Shown here: positions 9,712 to 19,188 of the stretch, one piece after another
Position numbering within the stretch: position 1 is the stretch's first letter
How the letters are laid out: the number at the start of each line of letters is the position of its first letter
IMG/VR virus record: IMGVR_UViG_3300023049_000005
Coordinates: 206,757-270,756 of that record
DNA: 64,000 nt
Direction: 5' to 3' (one strand)
Notes under the pieces: model-generated
The model's input: only the letters and a program-made list of their open reading frames with translations
Told to the model about the DNA's origin: nothing
Database searches by the model: none
Translations under genes and position numbers: made by a program

Positions 9712-11517
9712 TTAACCCATAGGTTTATTAAATTCTTGTACTTTTTTAATTATATCACGATCTTGTTCACTACCTTCACCTGTTAAATATGCTTCTAAGC
9801 TTGTATCAATTGTATATTTTTCTTCTGTGTATACTTCTCTTGGTAGCATTGTATAATAAATAGAATCGCCTTCTTTTCTACTTAACATTAACATCGTTAG
9901 ATCTAAGTTAACAGGATTTAAATGATCTTCTATCATAATCATAGGAGTGTCTTGTTTAGGCATTAAGTATTCTTCCCCATCAACTTCTTTCTTATTCGCT
10001 AAGAAGAAAAAATAGAAATTATCTGATTCCTTTTTAAGTCTACTACTATCTTTTATTAATTGAGATAATAATAAAGATATAGTAATAGTATCCTCACTAT
10101 TTGCGGCTTCTATTAATCTATCCCACCTTTTCTTATCATCAATATACATTTGTCTTAATTTTTCTTTATCCGCTCTTGATGTTGCTATCTTAGTATGAGA
10201 AACTAAAATAGTAGGATCTAAATCAATTAGTTTATAAAGTTCTTCATCAGTCAATTCTACACCATCATATAAACTGTGTTTATTAGTGATCATTTCTAAT
10301 TTTTGAGTAGAAGTAAGTTTAAGTGTTGCTTCTTTATAATATTCCTCTATATTACTTTCTAGTAAATCAGGATAGTTTATGATAGCATATATCTTTTGAT
10401 CCATGTTTAATGATTTAGCAACGGACTCGTGTTTACATACACGAACATCTGTCTTAATTAAATCAGTGATTTCTTCTGCCGTTAGGAAGTCTATATTATC
10501 ATATAGTCTAACTAATCTTGGGTATTTCATTAAGTACTTTTTCTTATCACCATCAGATAGATCGCTAAATAAATCTCCTGCGTATTCACTCATACTTTCA
10601 TTATCGGCTAAATACTTTATCTTTTGATAATCTTCTATTTCATTCCATTTTTTTAGATATTTGAAGTATCCTTCTTTTTCAAGATTACTAGCACTACTAT
10701 CATCCTTATAATGTGCTATATATTTACCATCTTCGTACAAAGTAATACCAACTTGTGATTGTACGCCCTCTTTTGTTAGATCCCAAATAAAGTATTGTAC
10801 CCCTGCCTTTCCACCACGAGTAAGATAACTACTCCAATAGTTATACATACTATCAGATATACACCATTGTTTAGACCCTAAGTTACATGAGCCTTCTTTT
10901 GAGAAAATCATAGCAATTAAATAATCATCTTCATCAAAGTATACTATTTGTGCATCTTGATCTTTTTTAATTTTCTCGAATATATCCTTTATATCTGCGA
11001 AACTTTTTAAGTGACCTGATAAGTAATTGAAAAAATCTTCAACAGGTCTATCCTGATACTTAGCAATCTTTTTTAAGAATACATTATTATAATCTTCGTA
11101 ATCATAATCTATAATAGCATCTCTGAATCTGTTAAAGTGTTTTTTATTGGATTTCAATTTTTGTCTAAGCGGATTTGGTATCTTTTTTAAATATTTATTT
11201 GTCTTTTCGATTAGATCTACTTCTGCTAATATATCAATAACATCTTCAAACTTCTCTGCTTCTGTTACATCTATATTAAACTGTTTGAACGTGTTTTTAT
11301 GATCAGTCATTTTCTTATATAAATCCTTTAATTCATCGTGATTTATCCCTTCTTCAGAGTGTATATCAAAGAAAAGAGGAATGTATTTTTGTTCCTTTCT
11401 CAAATAATCAAACGCTTTGAGTATTTCTTGGTAAGGTATTTCCCTACCTTCCTTATCTTTATATTCTCTTTTACTTTCGAAAATAAATTGTTCTAATGTT
11501 ATTATCCACTTTGCCAT
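9712..11517 (-). CDS. Tagged protein with conserved CxLGSxxWCI module (paralog 1 of 3)
   Basis: SCNLGSKQWCIS...QYFIWD...SQVGIT...AHYKDD; minus-strand TAATATATA at 11552-11560. Confidence 0.75.
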   Translation of the reverse strand: MAKWIITLEQFIFESKREYKDKEGREIPYQEILKAFDYLRKEQKYIPLFFDIHSEEGINHDELKDLYKKMTDHKNTFKQFNIDVTEAEKFEDVIDILAEVDLIEKTNKYLKKIPNPLRQKLKSNKKHFNRFRDAIIDYDYEDYNNVFLKKIAKYQDRPVEDFFNYLSGHLKSFADIKDIFEKIKKDQDAQIVYFDEDDYLIAMIFSKEGSCNLGSKQWCISDSMYNYWSSYLTRGGKAGVQYFIWDLTKEGVQSQVGITLYEDGKYIAHYKDDSSASNLEKEGYFKYLKKWNEIEDYQKIKYLADNESMSEYAGDLFSDLSDGDKKKYLMKYPRLVRLYDNIDFLTAEEITDLIKTDVRVCKHESVAKSLNMDQKIYAIINYPDLLESNIEEYYKEATLKLTSTQKLEMITNKHSLYDGVELTDEELYKLIDLDPTILVSHTKIATSRADKEKLRQMYIDDKKRWDRLIEAANSEDTITISLLLSQLIKDSSRLKKESDNFYFFFLANKKEVDGEEYLMPKQDTPMIMIEDHLNPVNLDLTMLMLSRKEGDSIYYTMLPREVYTEEKYTIDTSLEAYLTGEGSEQDRDIIKKVQEFNKPMG

Positions 11518-11576
11518 AATTAAAAAAAATCTTATATTTGTTCTTTAATACTATATATTAAATAAAATAGACACAA

Positions 11577-12044
11577 ATGAAAAGTATGACACAGTTAAAA
11601 TTATTTTCTCCTACACATTTCAAATTTAAGTTTGATATTGCGTTATCTCTTATTGTCCTATATTATTTAGTACTTCTCATATTTATCGGAGAAAAAGAAG
11701 TAAGAGATTACCTAATGGAAGGGACAAATATATTCTCTAGTTTAATTGGTGTCGTTATCTTAGTAAATGCTAAAATTGTAGACTTTTTTTCTTTTTTAGA
11801 AAACTTAAAAAAGGATTTGAGATATGATCTATGGATCAAATATAAAGATAACAAGTTATATAAGTTTATTAAGAAATCTTTTTATGGACTTATTGTGTTT
11901 AATACAATATGTTTATTGGTTTATTTGTATTTAATTTTCATTACTGATGATATTATCGATAAAATTTTGTATTTTTGTATCTCTTTAGTTACGATAATCG
12001 TACCTGGGATTGTTATTTATAGCTCACATTTAAAAATAAAATAA
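11577..12044 (+). CDS. Membrane protein
   Basis: Four hydrophobic segments; TATATTTG at 11533-11540. Confidence 0.65.
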   Translation: MKSMTQLKLFSPTHFKFKFDIALSLIVLYYLVLLIFIGEKEVRDYLMEGTNIFSSLIGVVILVNAKIVDFFSFLENLKKDLRYDLWIKYKDNKLYKFIKKSFYGLIVFNTICLLVYLYLIFITDDIIDKILYFCISLVTIIVPGIVIYSSHLKIK

Positions 12045-12045
12045 G

Positions 12046-12324
12046 ATGAAAAAATTATTACTAATATTCTCAACTCTACTGTGTGTCAGTGCTTATTCAC
12101 AAGTAGATGGTAAATACGGATCGGAAGGACTTTCCTTTCACACTCCCCAAAAAGATACCTTGTTTTTACAGAAAGGTCATTTAATTACACCCGATATCAT
12201 TAGGATATGGGAAACCGATAGTACTATTGAAGAAACTAAGCCTGTTATCATTACCCATACTAACATCGCTTATATTAGAGAACAAAGATTAAAACAATAT
12301 GGAATTAGAAAAGAAATTCGATGA
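12046..12324 (+). CDS. Small protein with signal peptide; C-terminal IREQRLKQYGI
   Basis: MKKLLLIFSTLLCVSAYSQ Sec-type signal with Gln at +1, typical of Bacteroidota. Confidence 0.6.
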   Translation: MKKLLLIFSTLLCVSAYSQVDGKYGSEGLSFHTPQKDTLFLQKGHLITPDIIRIWETDSTIEETKPVIITHTNIAYIREQRLKQYGIRKEIR

Positions 12325-12829
12325 ATATTTAAAGATCTATGATATAGAGGACATTAATAAAAATGGTGTTCATATCAAAAGACAGATCGTTTCTAGAACA
12401 AATGATAACTTAGATATATCTGTTGCAGGTACTGTATATGATACAGAAGAAGAAGTCTTCTATCTAGTAAAACAGTATAGAGCAGGTGTAACTGACGAAG
12501 ATCGTTATATGGTCGAAGTAGTTGCAGGAACTGTTGAAAGCGGTGAAAATCCATTAGAATGCTTCAAGAGAGAAGTTATGGAGGAAGTAGGTGTTAAGGT
12601 GAATAGGGTCACTGAAGTTGGTTCGTTTTATGCCTCACCAGGCTTTTCGAAGGAACAAATGTACTTGTACCACGCAGAGGGTGTTAGAGTTGCCGAAGGT
12701 GGTGGACTAGAATCAGAAAACGAAGATATCGAAATCCTTAAAGTTTCTAAAGAAGTATTAAGAGATATGCTTTATAGAAACAGAATAAAGGATCTTAAAT
12801 CACTGACTTTATTGAAAGACGTTATATAG
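12299..12829 (+). CDS. NUDIX hydrolase, ADP-ribose/nucleotide-sugar pyrophosphatase type
   Basis: LVKQYR, Nudix box AGTVESGENPLECFKREVMEEVG, SPGFSKE, ENEDI. Confidence 0.88.
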   Translation: MELEKKFDEYLKIYDIEDINKNGVHIKRQIVSRTNDNLDISVAGTVYDTEEEVFYLVKQYRAGVTDEDRYMVEVVAGTVESGENPLECFKREVMEEVGVKVNRVTEVGSFYASPGFSKEQMYLYHAEGVRVAEGGGLESENEDIEILKVSKEVLRDMLYRNRIKDLKSLTLLKDVI

Positions 12830-12833
12830 TATT

Positions 12834-13109
12834 ATGGGAATAAATATTTTAGATAGTTTTATGGAAGAAGTTAAAGAACTTGAAAAAAGACCTGAACTTT
12901 TAGATAGTATATTAAACTATTATAATACAGAAACAAAGACATTTGATATTCCAAAAAATTGGAAGTCTAAAAATGTACGTAGGAATAAACTACCTGCAGA
13001 TAACCCAAGGGATTATGTTTTCAATAAGATAGAAGAGGTTTTATCATTTGAGGAAATGGATCAATTAATATCCGATTCTCATATGAGAATGGACAAGAAA
13101 CTTACTTAA
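12834..13109 (+). CDS. Hypothetical protein
   Basis: 91-aa ORF in the same operon. Confidence 0.55.
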   Translation: MGINILDSFMEEVKELEKRPELLDSILNYYNTETKTFDIPKNWKSKNVRRNKLPADNPRDYVFNKIEEVLSFEEMDQLISDSHMRMDKKLT

Positions 13110-13497
13110 CATAAATAACAGGGATGTTATCTAACTTAAGCCAATAGAAAGCTACTACTCTATGTCTGCCTTCTAATATGAATCTATCCCCATCTTCTAA
13201 TTCAACGAAGATAGGATAGATTCTATTTTTTCTCTCTGATATTAGATCGAGGATATATTCACTCCTTTCTTTTTCGTCTATAAATTCATCATAAGTAGAT
13301 TCCATTTCCTTTGCTTGGTCTTTGAACATTTCCATTGGTTCTGATTTATAATAGAACTTTATGTCGTTTATGTCTTTTCTTAACCACTCACCTATGGCTT
13401 CTATGTCCGATAGCTGAGACATATCAATAGCTTCTTTAAGGCTGATTTCTTTTAGCCCTGAAAATCCTGAATATTCGTATATGCGCTTATTTTTCAT
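13102..13497 (-). CDS. ParB/Srx-like nuclease-fold protein with N-terminal tag
   Basis: YPIFV...FILEGRHRVVA...IPV motif. Confidence 0.7.
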   Translation of the reverse strand: MKNKRIYEYSGFSGLKEISLKEAIDMSQLSDIEAIGEWLRKDINDIKFYYKSEPMEMFKDQAKEMESTYDEFIDEKERSEYILDLISERKNRIYPIFVELEDGDRFILEGRHRVVAFYWLKLDNIPVIYVK

Positions 13498-13649
13498 GAT
13501 TTGCGCTCATTTTTCTTGTAGGGACAATGTTTGCACCCATTTTTACAACAGTAGCCTCTCTTTAAATGGTATTGTTCAGTGAAAACTATATACCCTTCTT
13601 TCGTAGTATAATAATCACCCTTTTCATATTTGCTAAATTGGTCGTACAT
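13494..13649 (-). CDS. Small Cys-rich protein, DUF5522-like (51 aa, not in ORF track)
   Basis: MYDQ...GDYYTTKEGYIVFTEQYHLKRGYCCKNGCKHCPYKKNERKS*. ATGA overlap with the next gene; TAATATATA at 13661-13669. Confidence 0.75.
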   Translation of the reverse strand: MYDQFSKYEKGDYYTTKEGYIVFTEQYHLKRGYCCKNGCKHCPYKKNERKS

Positions 13650-13669
13650 AACTTTTTAAGTATATATTA

Positions 13670-13696
13670 AAACATATTTAAATATTATAATATAAT
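13670..13696 (+). promoter_or_regulatory. Putative middle-class promoter AAAC-N17-TATAAT
   Basis: Upstream of glutamine synthetase; the same spacing occurs upstream of five other genes. Confidence 0.5.
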
Positions 13697-13711
13697 AAAA
13701 AAAGTTTTACT

Positions 13712-14782
13712 ATGCTTAAAAATAATGAAAGAAAAATAAGAGTAGAATATATTTGGTTAGACGGTGGTACTCCACAGAAAATACGATCTAAGACCAAGGT
13801 TATGACAACTACTACTGACGATCTAATGACTATTGAATTATCTGATTGGAATTATGACGGATCTTCAACGAAACAAGCTGTAACCAATAATTCAGAAGTT
13901 GTAATTAAACCAAAAACAAGATTTAAAGATCCCTTCGGTGGTGACCTTTTAGTAATGTGTGATACATACAGCCCTGATGGTACACCACTTGGTGACAACA
14001 AGCGATACGAATTAGAGAAAATAATTGATATGGATCAAGAAACATGGTATGGTTTCGAACAAGAATATACTATGATGAACCCAACTTCGGGTAAGCCATT
14101 AGGTTTCCCTAATACAGAAGGATATTTCCCTGAGCCACAAGGAAATTATTACTGCGGAGTAGGCTATAATCATGTTAAAAATGGTAGAGAGATAGCTATG
14201 GAACATTTAGATAAATGTATAGAAGCGGGTATTAATATCAGTGGTGTCAATGCAGAAGTCATGCTAGGACAATGGGAGTATCAGGTCGGTCCTGTCCCTG
14301 CATTAGAGGGGGCAGATTCGATGTGGATGTCTAGATATATCCTTTATAGAATCGGAGAGAAATATAGTGTAGAAATGAATATCGAACCAAAACCCGTTAA
14401 AGGCGATAATTGGAACGGCTCAGGTATGCATGTTAATTTCTCTACAGGTGCTATGAGAGATAAGAAAAACATCGAAAGTGGTGAAAGTATCAAAATTATA
14501 GAAAGAGCCTGTGAGAAACTTTCTACGAAACATTCAGAACACATATCAGTGTACGGTGAGGGTAATGAAGAAAGACTTACAGGAATCAACGAGACTTCTT
14601 CTTATAAAGACTTTTCTTGGGCATATGGTAGTAGAGAAGTATCTATTAGAATACCAACTGCTGTTAAAGAAAGAAAGGTGGGATATTTAGAAGATAGAAG
14701 ACCATCATCTAACGGTGATCCTTATTTAATTTGTAGAAAGTTAATCCAAACTATCTGCAGCGAGAAAGAAGCGTATGCATAA
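13712..14782 (+). CDS. glnII: Glutamine synthetase type II
   Basis: EYIWLDG, WNYDGSST, GFEQEY, NAEVMLGQWEYQVGP, WNGSGMHVNFST, GYLEDRRPSSNGDPY; 356 aa is GSII size. Confidence 0.95.
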   Translation: MLKNNERKIRVEYIWLDGGTPQKIRSKTKVMTTTTDDLMTIELSDWNYDGSSTKQAVTNNSEVVIKPKTRFKDPFGGDLLVMCDTYSPDGTPLGDNKRYELEKIIDMDQETWYGFEQEYTMMNPTSGKPLGFPNTEGYFPEPQGNYYCGVGYNHVKNGREIAMEHLDKCIEAGINISGVNAEVMLGQWEYQVGPVPALEGADSMWMSRYILYRIGEKYSVEMNIEPKPVKGDNWNGSGMHVNFSTGAMRDKKNIESGESIKIIERACEKLSTKHSEHISVYGEGNEERLTGINETSSYKDFSWAYGSREVSIRIPTAVKERKVGYLEDRRPSSNGDPYLICRKLIQTICSEKEAYA

Positions 14783-14803
14783 TTAGTAAACTGTATTATT
14801 TTT

Positions 14804-14836
14804 AAAGAGGGAGTGATTATTCATTCCCTCTTTTTT
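14804..14836 (+). terminator. Intrinsic terminator after glutamine synthetase
   Basis: AAAGAGGGAGTGA-TTAT-TCATTCCCTCTTT hairpin followed by a T-tract. Confidence 0.85.
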
Positions 14837-14850
14837 GTTATATTTGTATT

Positions 14851-15234
14851 ATGGAAGTAGGATTCATAAAGCGAGAATTAAAATTAGCCTCTTTATCGGG
14901 AGAAAAATTAGATAAAGATCTACAGGACTTAATTGATAATTTTAAAAAAGCATTGAATTATAAGATAGTTGAACCTTTTGTTGAAATATGGTATAATCAT
15001 TTAGACCAAGAAGTTTTGAAAATAGACCAACAAAATAATAGAGTTCTTGTAACATCTTCCTACATAGGGTTGTCGATATATTTTAATTCTGAGGTATATA
15101 AAACTATAATTGAATATGTTTTAGAAATAGATTTGTCCTATAAAGATTTGTCTTTTATATTTGTGGTTGATGTGGTTGATGTTGAAATGGATTACCATAA
15201 GTTTATGGATTACCATAAGTTTAATAGTCTTTAA
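14851..15234 (+). CDS. Hypothetical protein
   Basis: TATATTTG at 14839-14846 just upstream; C-terminus built from tandem duplications. Confidence 0.6.
   Translation: MEVGFIKRELKLASLSGEKLDKDLQDLIDNFKKALNYKIVEPFVEIWYNHLDQEVLKIDQQNNRVLVTSSYIGLSIYFNSEVYKTIIEYVLEIDLSYKDLSFIFVVDVVDVEMDYHKFMDYHKFNSL
15162..15222 (+). repeat. Adjacent 9-bp and 18-bp perfect tandem duplications
   Basis: TGTGGTTGA x2 (15162-15179) and ATGGATTACCATAAGTTT x2 (15187-15222). Confidence 0.9.
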
Positions 15235-15622
15235 CTATTTGTGTGAAGGTAAATTTGCTTAAATTCTCTAAGGCTTCGTTTAAATGATGTTTATCTTTTT
15301 CAAATTCATCATAAAATACTAAGATATTAAAATTGTTTTCTCCTAATATTTTCTTTAAGTTGAGTAGTTTTTCAATCGAAAATTCATCATCAAAGTTGGG
15401 TATGAAATAGATATCTTTTTTCTTTTCCATAGCCTGTTGGATCTTATTATAGATAAGTATTTTCAAATACATCTTATCTTGATCCTTTTCGACCTCTTCA
15501 TCCATCAGTTTCCTGATATCTAATACGTACTTATTGCGTATCTTATTAGTCTTGAAATACTTATCGATTTTCTTCTTTGTCTTTGCGTATACCACAAAGA
15601 AGTTTATCATATGTTCTTGCAT
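15221..15622 (-). CDS. Hypothetical protein
   Basis: 133-aa ORF. Confidence 0.6.
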   Translation of the reverse strand: MQEHMINFFVVYAKTKKKIDKYFKTNKIRNKYVLDIRKLMDEEVEKDQDKMYLKILIYNKIQQAMEKKKDIYFIPNFDDEFSIEKLLNLKKILGENNFNILVFYDEFEKDKHHLNEALENLSKFTFTQIVKDY

Positions 15623-15672
15623 AAAAAGAGGTCATTTTATTTTTATAAACTATATATAAAAATACTTCCCCC

Positions 15673-16095
15673 TTAATCCAAAAACATATCAATTTTCATG
15701 TCTCGATAATCGACTTTATGTTTGTCTAATGTGTTTACTATTCTATAGTGTGCGTCTTCACTATTTGTTACAGTGAAGATATAGTGAAGATATTCAACAA
15801 ACCCCATTTTCTTTTGTAACGGAAATATCTCACCACCACCTAAATTATAGACTATGTCAGTATTCTCACCATCCATCAGGACTTTTATGGATGTCGTATA
15901 ACTCGTTATAATATCGTATTTGAGATCTTTGTCAAAACTCGTCCATATAGGGAAGTCATATTTAGCGAGTTTATTATACTGTTTTATTGTCTTTCTTTTC
16001 TCTTTTTCTAAAAAAGATTCATACCAACCCAAATTCCCAATCTTCTTTTTTTGTTGGTGTTTATAAGCTATATGTGTGTCTGATCCTTTTTTCAT
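15673..16095 (-). CDS. Hypothetical protein with C-terminal RDxKIxxFL tag
   Basis: Ends VDYRDMKIDMFLD; directly behind TATATTTG. Confidence 0.65.
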   Translation of the reverse strand: MKKGSDTHIAYKHQQKKKIGNLGWYESFLEKEKRKTIKQYNKLAKYDFPIWTSFDKDLKYDIITSYTTSIKVLMDGENTDIVYNLGGGEIFPLQKKMGFVEYLHYIFTVTNSEDAHYRIVNTLDKHKVDYRDMKIDMFLD

Positions 16096-16099
16096 ATCA

Positions 16100-16117
16100 C
16101 AAATATACGTATATTTG
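16100..16117. promoter_or_regulatory. Back-to-back divergent Bacteroidota -7 elements (18-bp palindrome)
   Basis: CAAATATACGTATATTTG between divergent starts at 16095(-) and 16135(+). Confidence 0.7.
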
Positions 16118-16134
16118 CTTAAAATATTTAATTT

Positions 16135-16572
16135 ATGACTAATTGGGATAAAAGATTTATAGATTTAGCTAATCATATAGCTACTTGGAGTAAAGATACT
16201 AACACAAAAACAGGTGCTGTTATTGTAGATAAAGACAATCGTGTAATTAGTATGGGATACAACGGCTTTCCATCGGGTGCAGTAGATACCAGGGAAGATA
16301 AGTATGAGAAACCACAAAAGTATTTTTATACCGAACACGCAGAACGTAATGCTATTTATAATGCTGCTAAATTGGGTATAAGCACAGATGGGTGTACTAT
16401 GTATATCATGTGGTTTCCTTGTGCTGATTGTGCAAGAGCTATCATCCAAAGTGGTATTAAGAAACTTGTGTGCCACGAACCCGATCTAAACTTACCTAAA
16501 TGGGGGGAACATTTCGAAAAATCCTTAGAGATGTTCAATGAAGTGAATATGAAAATCGTTTATATAGACTAA
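16135..16572 (+). CDS. dCMP deaminase
   Basis: GYNG, HAERNAI and PCADC zinc-binding motifs. Confidence 0.93.
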   Translation: MTNWDKRFIDLANHIATWSKDTNTKTGAVIVDKDNRVISMGYNGFPSGAVDTREDKYEKPQKYFYTEHAERNAIYNAAKLGISTDGCTMYIMWFPCADCARAIIQSGIKKLVCHEPDLNLPKWGEHFEKSLEMFNEVNMKIVYID

Positions 16573-16573
16573 T

Positions 16574-17155
16574 ATGGAAGATACTACTAATAATGAAGTT
16601 ATTGATATGGAGATTAGGTATATGCACGATGAATACCTATCTTCACGTGAAAAGCTTATAGAAAGAAGAAAAGAAGCAGTTCAAAAAGTTATTTCAAAAA
16701 AAGAATATACATATAGAATAGAGGGGATTAATTATTATTATATGTTAGAATCGGGTGTCACACTGATTGTTAGAGCAAATGATAGTGATATATCACATAG
16801 TCTCAATACGGATAGAATATTACTTAAAGAAGAGAAGAGAGATATGTTTATCTCCTCTCTTCTAGAAGATGTTGATTCATTCACCGATAGTTTGATGAAA
16901 GACCTAAAAGAAATTGAATGGATGTATAATGAATTTCGTATGCTTAAAAATAATCTATATGAGGCTATTATAACCGAATTAAGAGATTGGGTAGATAATA
17001 CCTTTGATATATCATACTTACTTCCATTGGTTATTTCTATCGGGGAAACAAAGTATATTATTACCGAAAACGAAGACCGTGGAGATGCTGCTTATAACCC
17101 TAGTGAAAATAAAACCAAAATTGATCTGAAACCATACATAGAGTATTCACTATGA
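16574..17155 (+). CDS. Hypothetical protein (internal EKRDMFISSLL); paralog of 17152..17676
   Basis: Shared C-terminal pattern PLVISIGETKYIITEN / PYVINLGSIKYLLTKE. Confidence 0.65.
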   Translation: MEDTTNNEVIDMEIRYMHDEYLSSREKLIERRKEAVQKVISKKEYTYRIEGINYYYMLESGVTLIVRANDSDISHSLNTDRILLKEEKRDMFISSLLEDVDSFTDSLMKDLKEIEWMYNEFRMLKNNLYEAIITELRDWVDNTFDISYLLPLVISIGETKYIITENEDRGDAAYNPSENKTKIDLKPYIEYSL

Positions 17156-17676
17156 TAGAATTAGCTGAGATTTTCGAAGAAAATAAAAAGAAAATAAAGG
17201 ATCTTAAAAAGTCCATAGTCGATATACTCCTATCTAATAAAGAGTTGTGTTATGAAGTGAGGTATGATCTATATACTATATTAGTAAAGGATAACCACTT
17301 AGAACACATAGAAATAATAGGGGAATCTTTATGCTCAAGATATAATACCTTTTATAATGCTTATTTAGACCATGTAGTTAGGGATATGAAATTAAGCCTA
17401 TTGACAGAAGAACATAAGGTAGAATTTGCTAATGAGGTAAATCAGATGCTAATAAATTTAGATCTATTGCTTATAGAAACACAAACTATTAATGAAGGGA
17501 TAATTAGTAAAATAGTTACCCATCTTAATAGTAAATATAATACTATTGAAACACCATATGTTATTAACTTAGGTAGTATTAAATACCTACTAACAAAAGA
17601 AGAAATACCTCTTAGTGTAGATTATGTAATTAACACTGATTACAATTTAATTGAACATAGAGAAGAAATTATCTAA
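17152..17676 (+). CDS. Hypothetical protein (internal VRDMKLSLL)
   Basis: Tandem paralog of the upstream gene; ATGA overlap. Confidence 0.65.
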   Translation: MIELAEIFEENKKKIKDLKKSIVDILLSNKELCYEVRYDLYTILVKDNHLEHIEIIGESLCSRYNTFYNAYLDHVVRDMKLSLLTEEHKVEFANEVNQMLINLDLLLIETQTINEGIISKIVTHLNSKYNTIETPYVINLGSIKYLLTKEEIPLSVDYVINTDYNLIEHREEII

Positions 17677-17718
17677 TAAGTCTCTAAACTTTTTCATAGT
17701 TCTAGACTATATCTAGTA

Positions 17719-19152
17719 ATGAAAAAGGAAGATAAGATACAAGAGTTAAAAAGGAAAATTTCTCAACTCGACCAAGAGATTGGATATTATGATGCACTTC
17801 AACAAGGATTGAAGCTCGTACTTAACGGATCATATGGTGCTTATGCATCAAGTTACTTTGTCTTATTCGACAACAATGTTGCAGGCTCTATTACCGCTGA
17901 AGGTAGAGAGTTAACTAAAACTATGTCAGATAAAAATGAAGACTATTGGTATAACCAATGGCACTTAGATGAAGAACTACATAAAACCCTTTATATAAAA
18001 TATGTAGAACAAATTCCTAATACTAAACCCGTAAGTGTATATGGTGATACAGATTCAATTTTTGTTGGATTTGAACCTGCTATCGATAGCTGTGAATGGA
18101 AAGACAGGATATTTAACGACACATGGTTGAACAAGTGTCCTTATCCTTATATAGTAATCAAGAAAGGAGATACATTTGACCATAATATAAAGAATGATAA
18201 TTACAAAGGTGTCATTTATTTCAGAGATGAAAAATTATATATGAACGGAGAAGAAATAGAATCTATACCTGAAATAAAACTATTAGCGATAGATGGTTCT
18301 TTAATTAAAGATTATAAGTTCATACCATATCTAAAAGAAGTTAAGAGTAAAACAATATACAATTGGGGAACTGAATTAGAATTCATGCACGGTTTAGATC
18401 ATTTTAAAATAGCTGCTTATTTTAAAGATGAGTTAGACAAACATGCCCATAGTTATGGCGTAGATAACCTAGAAGATTTTGAGTTAGAAAAGATTTCTGA
18501 ATCTATTATCAACTTAGAGAAAAAGAAATATATCCAACATATTACTTGGGAAGAAGGAATTAATTATGAAAGATTAAAATACTTCCAACCTAAGGGTGTT
18601 GAATTGATTAGATCATCTACTCCACAATTTGCGAGAGATGAAGATATGGGTATATACAAAGTAGTTAAATATTTATTTAACCATCCTAGGGATTTCAATA
18701 TACAAGAACTTACTGAAATAGTAAGAGGAATGAGAACAGAATTTGAACTTGCAGATATAAATGATATTAGTGGACAATCTTCTTGTAGTAATTATGAGAA
18801 AAAAGTACTTAATGATAAGGACGCATTAGAGTTTGTATCAGGTGCGCATTTTGGTGTTAAGGCTGCAGCATTCCATAACTACTTATTGAACCAAAGAAAA
18901 GAATTACAGACTAGATATGAATTCTTGAAATCAGGCGATAAGATCAAGTATTATTATACTAAAGATCCGATTAATCCTATTTTTGGTTTTAAGAGAGGGG
19001 AATACCCAATTGAGTTTGGTCCTGATGTGGATTATGACACACAATTTGATAAAGTAATTCTAAGTCCTATTAATAATATTATTAAGAAACTTGGTATGCC
19101 TGAAATTAATAAGAGGTTAAGTGTGTTAGTAGATATATTTGCTAATCTTTAG
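17719..19152 (+). CDS. polB: Family-B DNA polymerase, C-terminal subunit of a split enzyme
   Basis: Motif B KLVLNGSYG, motif C YGDTDS, KKKY, KGVELIRSSTP. No exonuclease domain or motif A; begins in the fingers. AAAC-N18-TATATC at 17686-17713. Confidence 0.9.
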   Translation: MKKEDKIQELKRKISQLDQEIGYYDALQQGLKLVLNGSYGAYASSYFVLFDNNVAGSITAEGRELTKTMSDKNEDYWYNQWHLDEELHKTLYIKYVEQIPNTKPVSVYGDTDSIFVGFEPAIDSCEWKDRIFNDTWLNKCPYPYIVIKKGDTFDHNIKNDNYKGVIYFRDEKLYMNGEEIESIPEIKLLAIDGSLIKDYKFIPYLKEVKSKTIYNWGTELEFMHGLDHFKIAAYFKDELDKHAHSYGVDNLEDFELEKISESIINLEKKKYIQHITWEEGINYERLKYFQPKGVELIRSSTPQFARDEDMGIYKVVKYLFNHPRDFNIQELTEIVRGMRTEFELADINDISGQSSCSNYEKKVLNDKDALEFVSGAHFGVKAAAFHNYLLNQRKELQTRYEFLKSGDKIKYYYTKDPINPIFGFKRGEYPIEFGPDVDYDTQFDKVILSPINNIIKKLGMPEINKRLSVLVDIFANL

Positions 19153-19188
19153 ATATATTTCCAAATATATAGTAAAATATCTACTCCA

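Noticed and set aside
13520-13550. Frameshift in the DUF5522-like gene
   Set aside because: Recounting the homopolymer gives five A on the coding strand, so CCKNGCKHCPY is in frame and the gene is intact.
18070-18380. Intein or intron in the PolB insertion
   Set aside because: The frame is continuous; no intein terminal motifs (His-Asn followed by Cys/Ser/Thr) or LAGLIDADG signature were seen.
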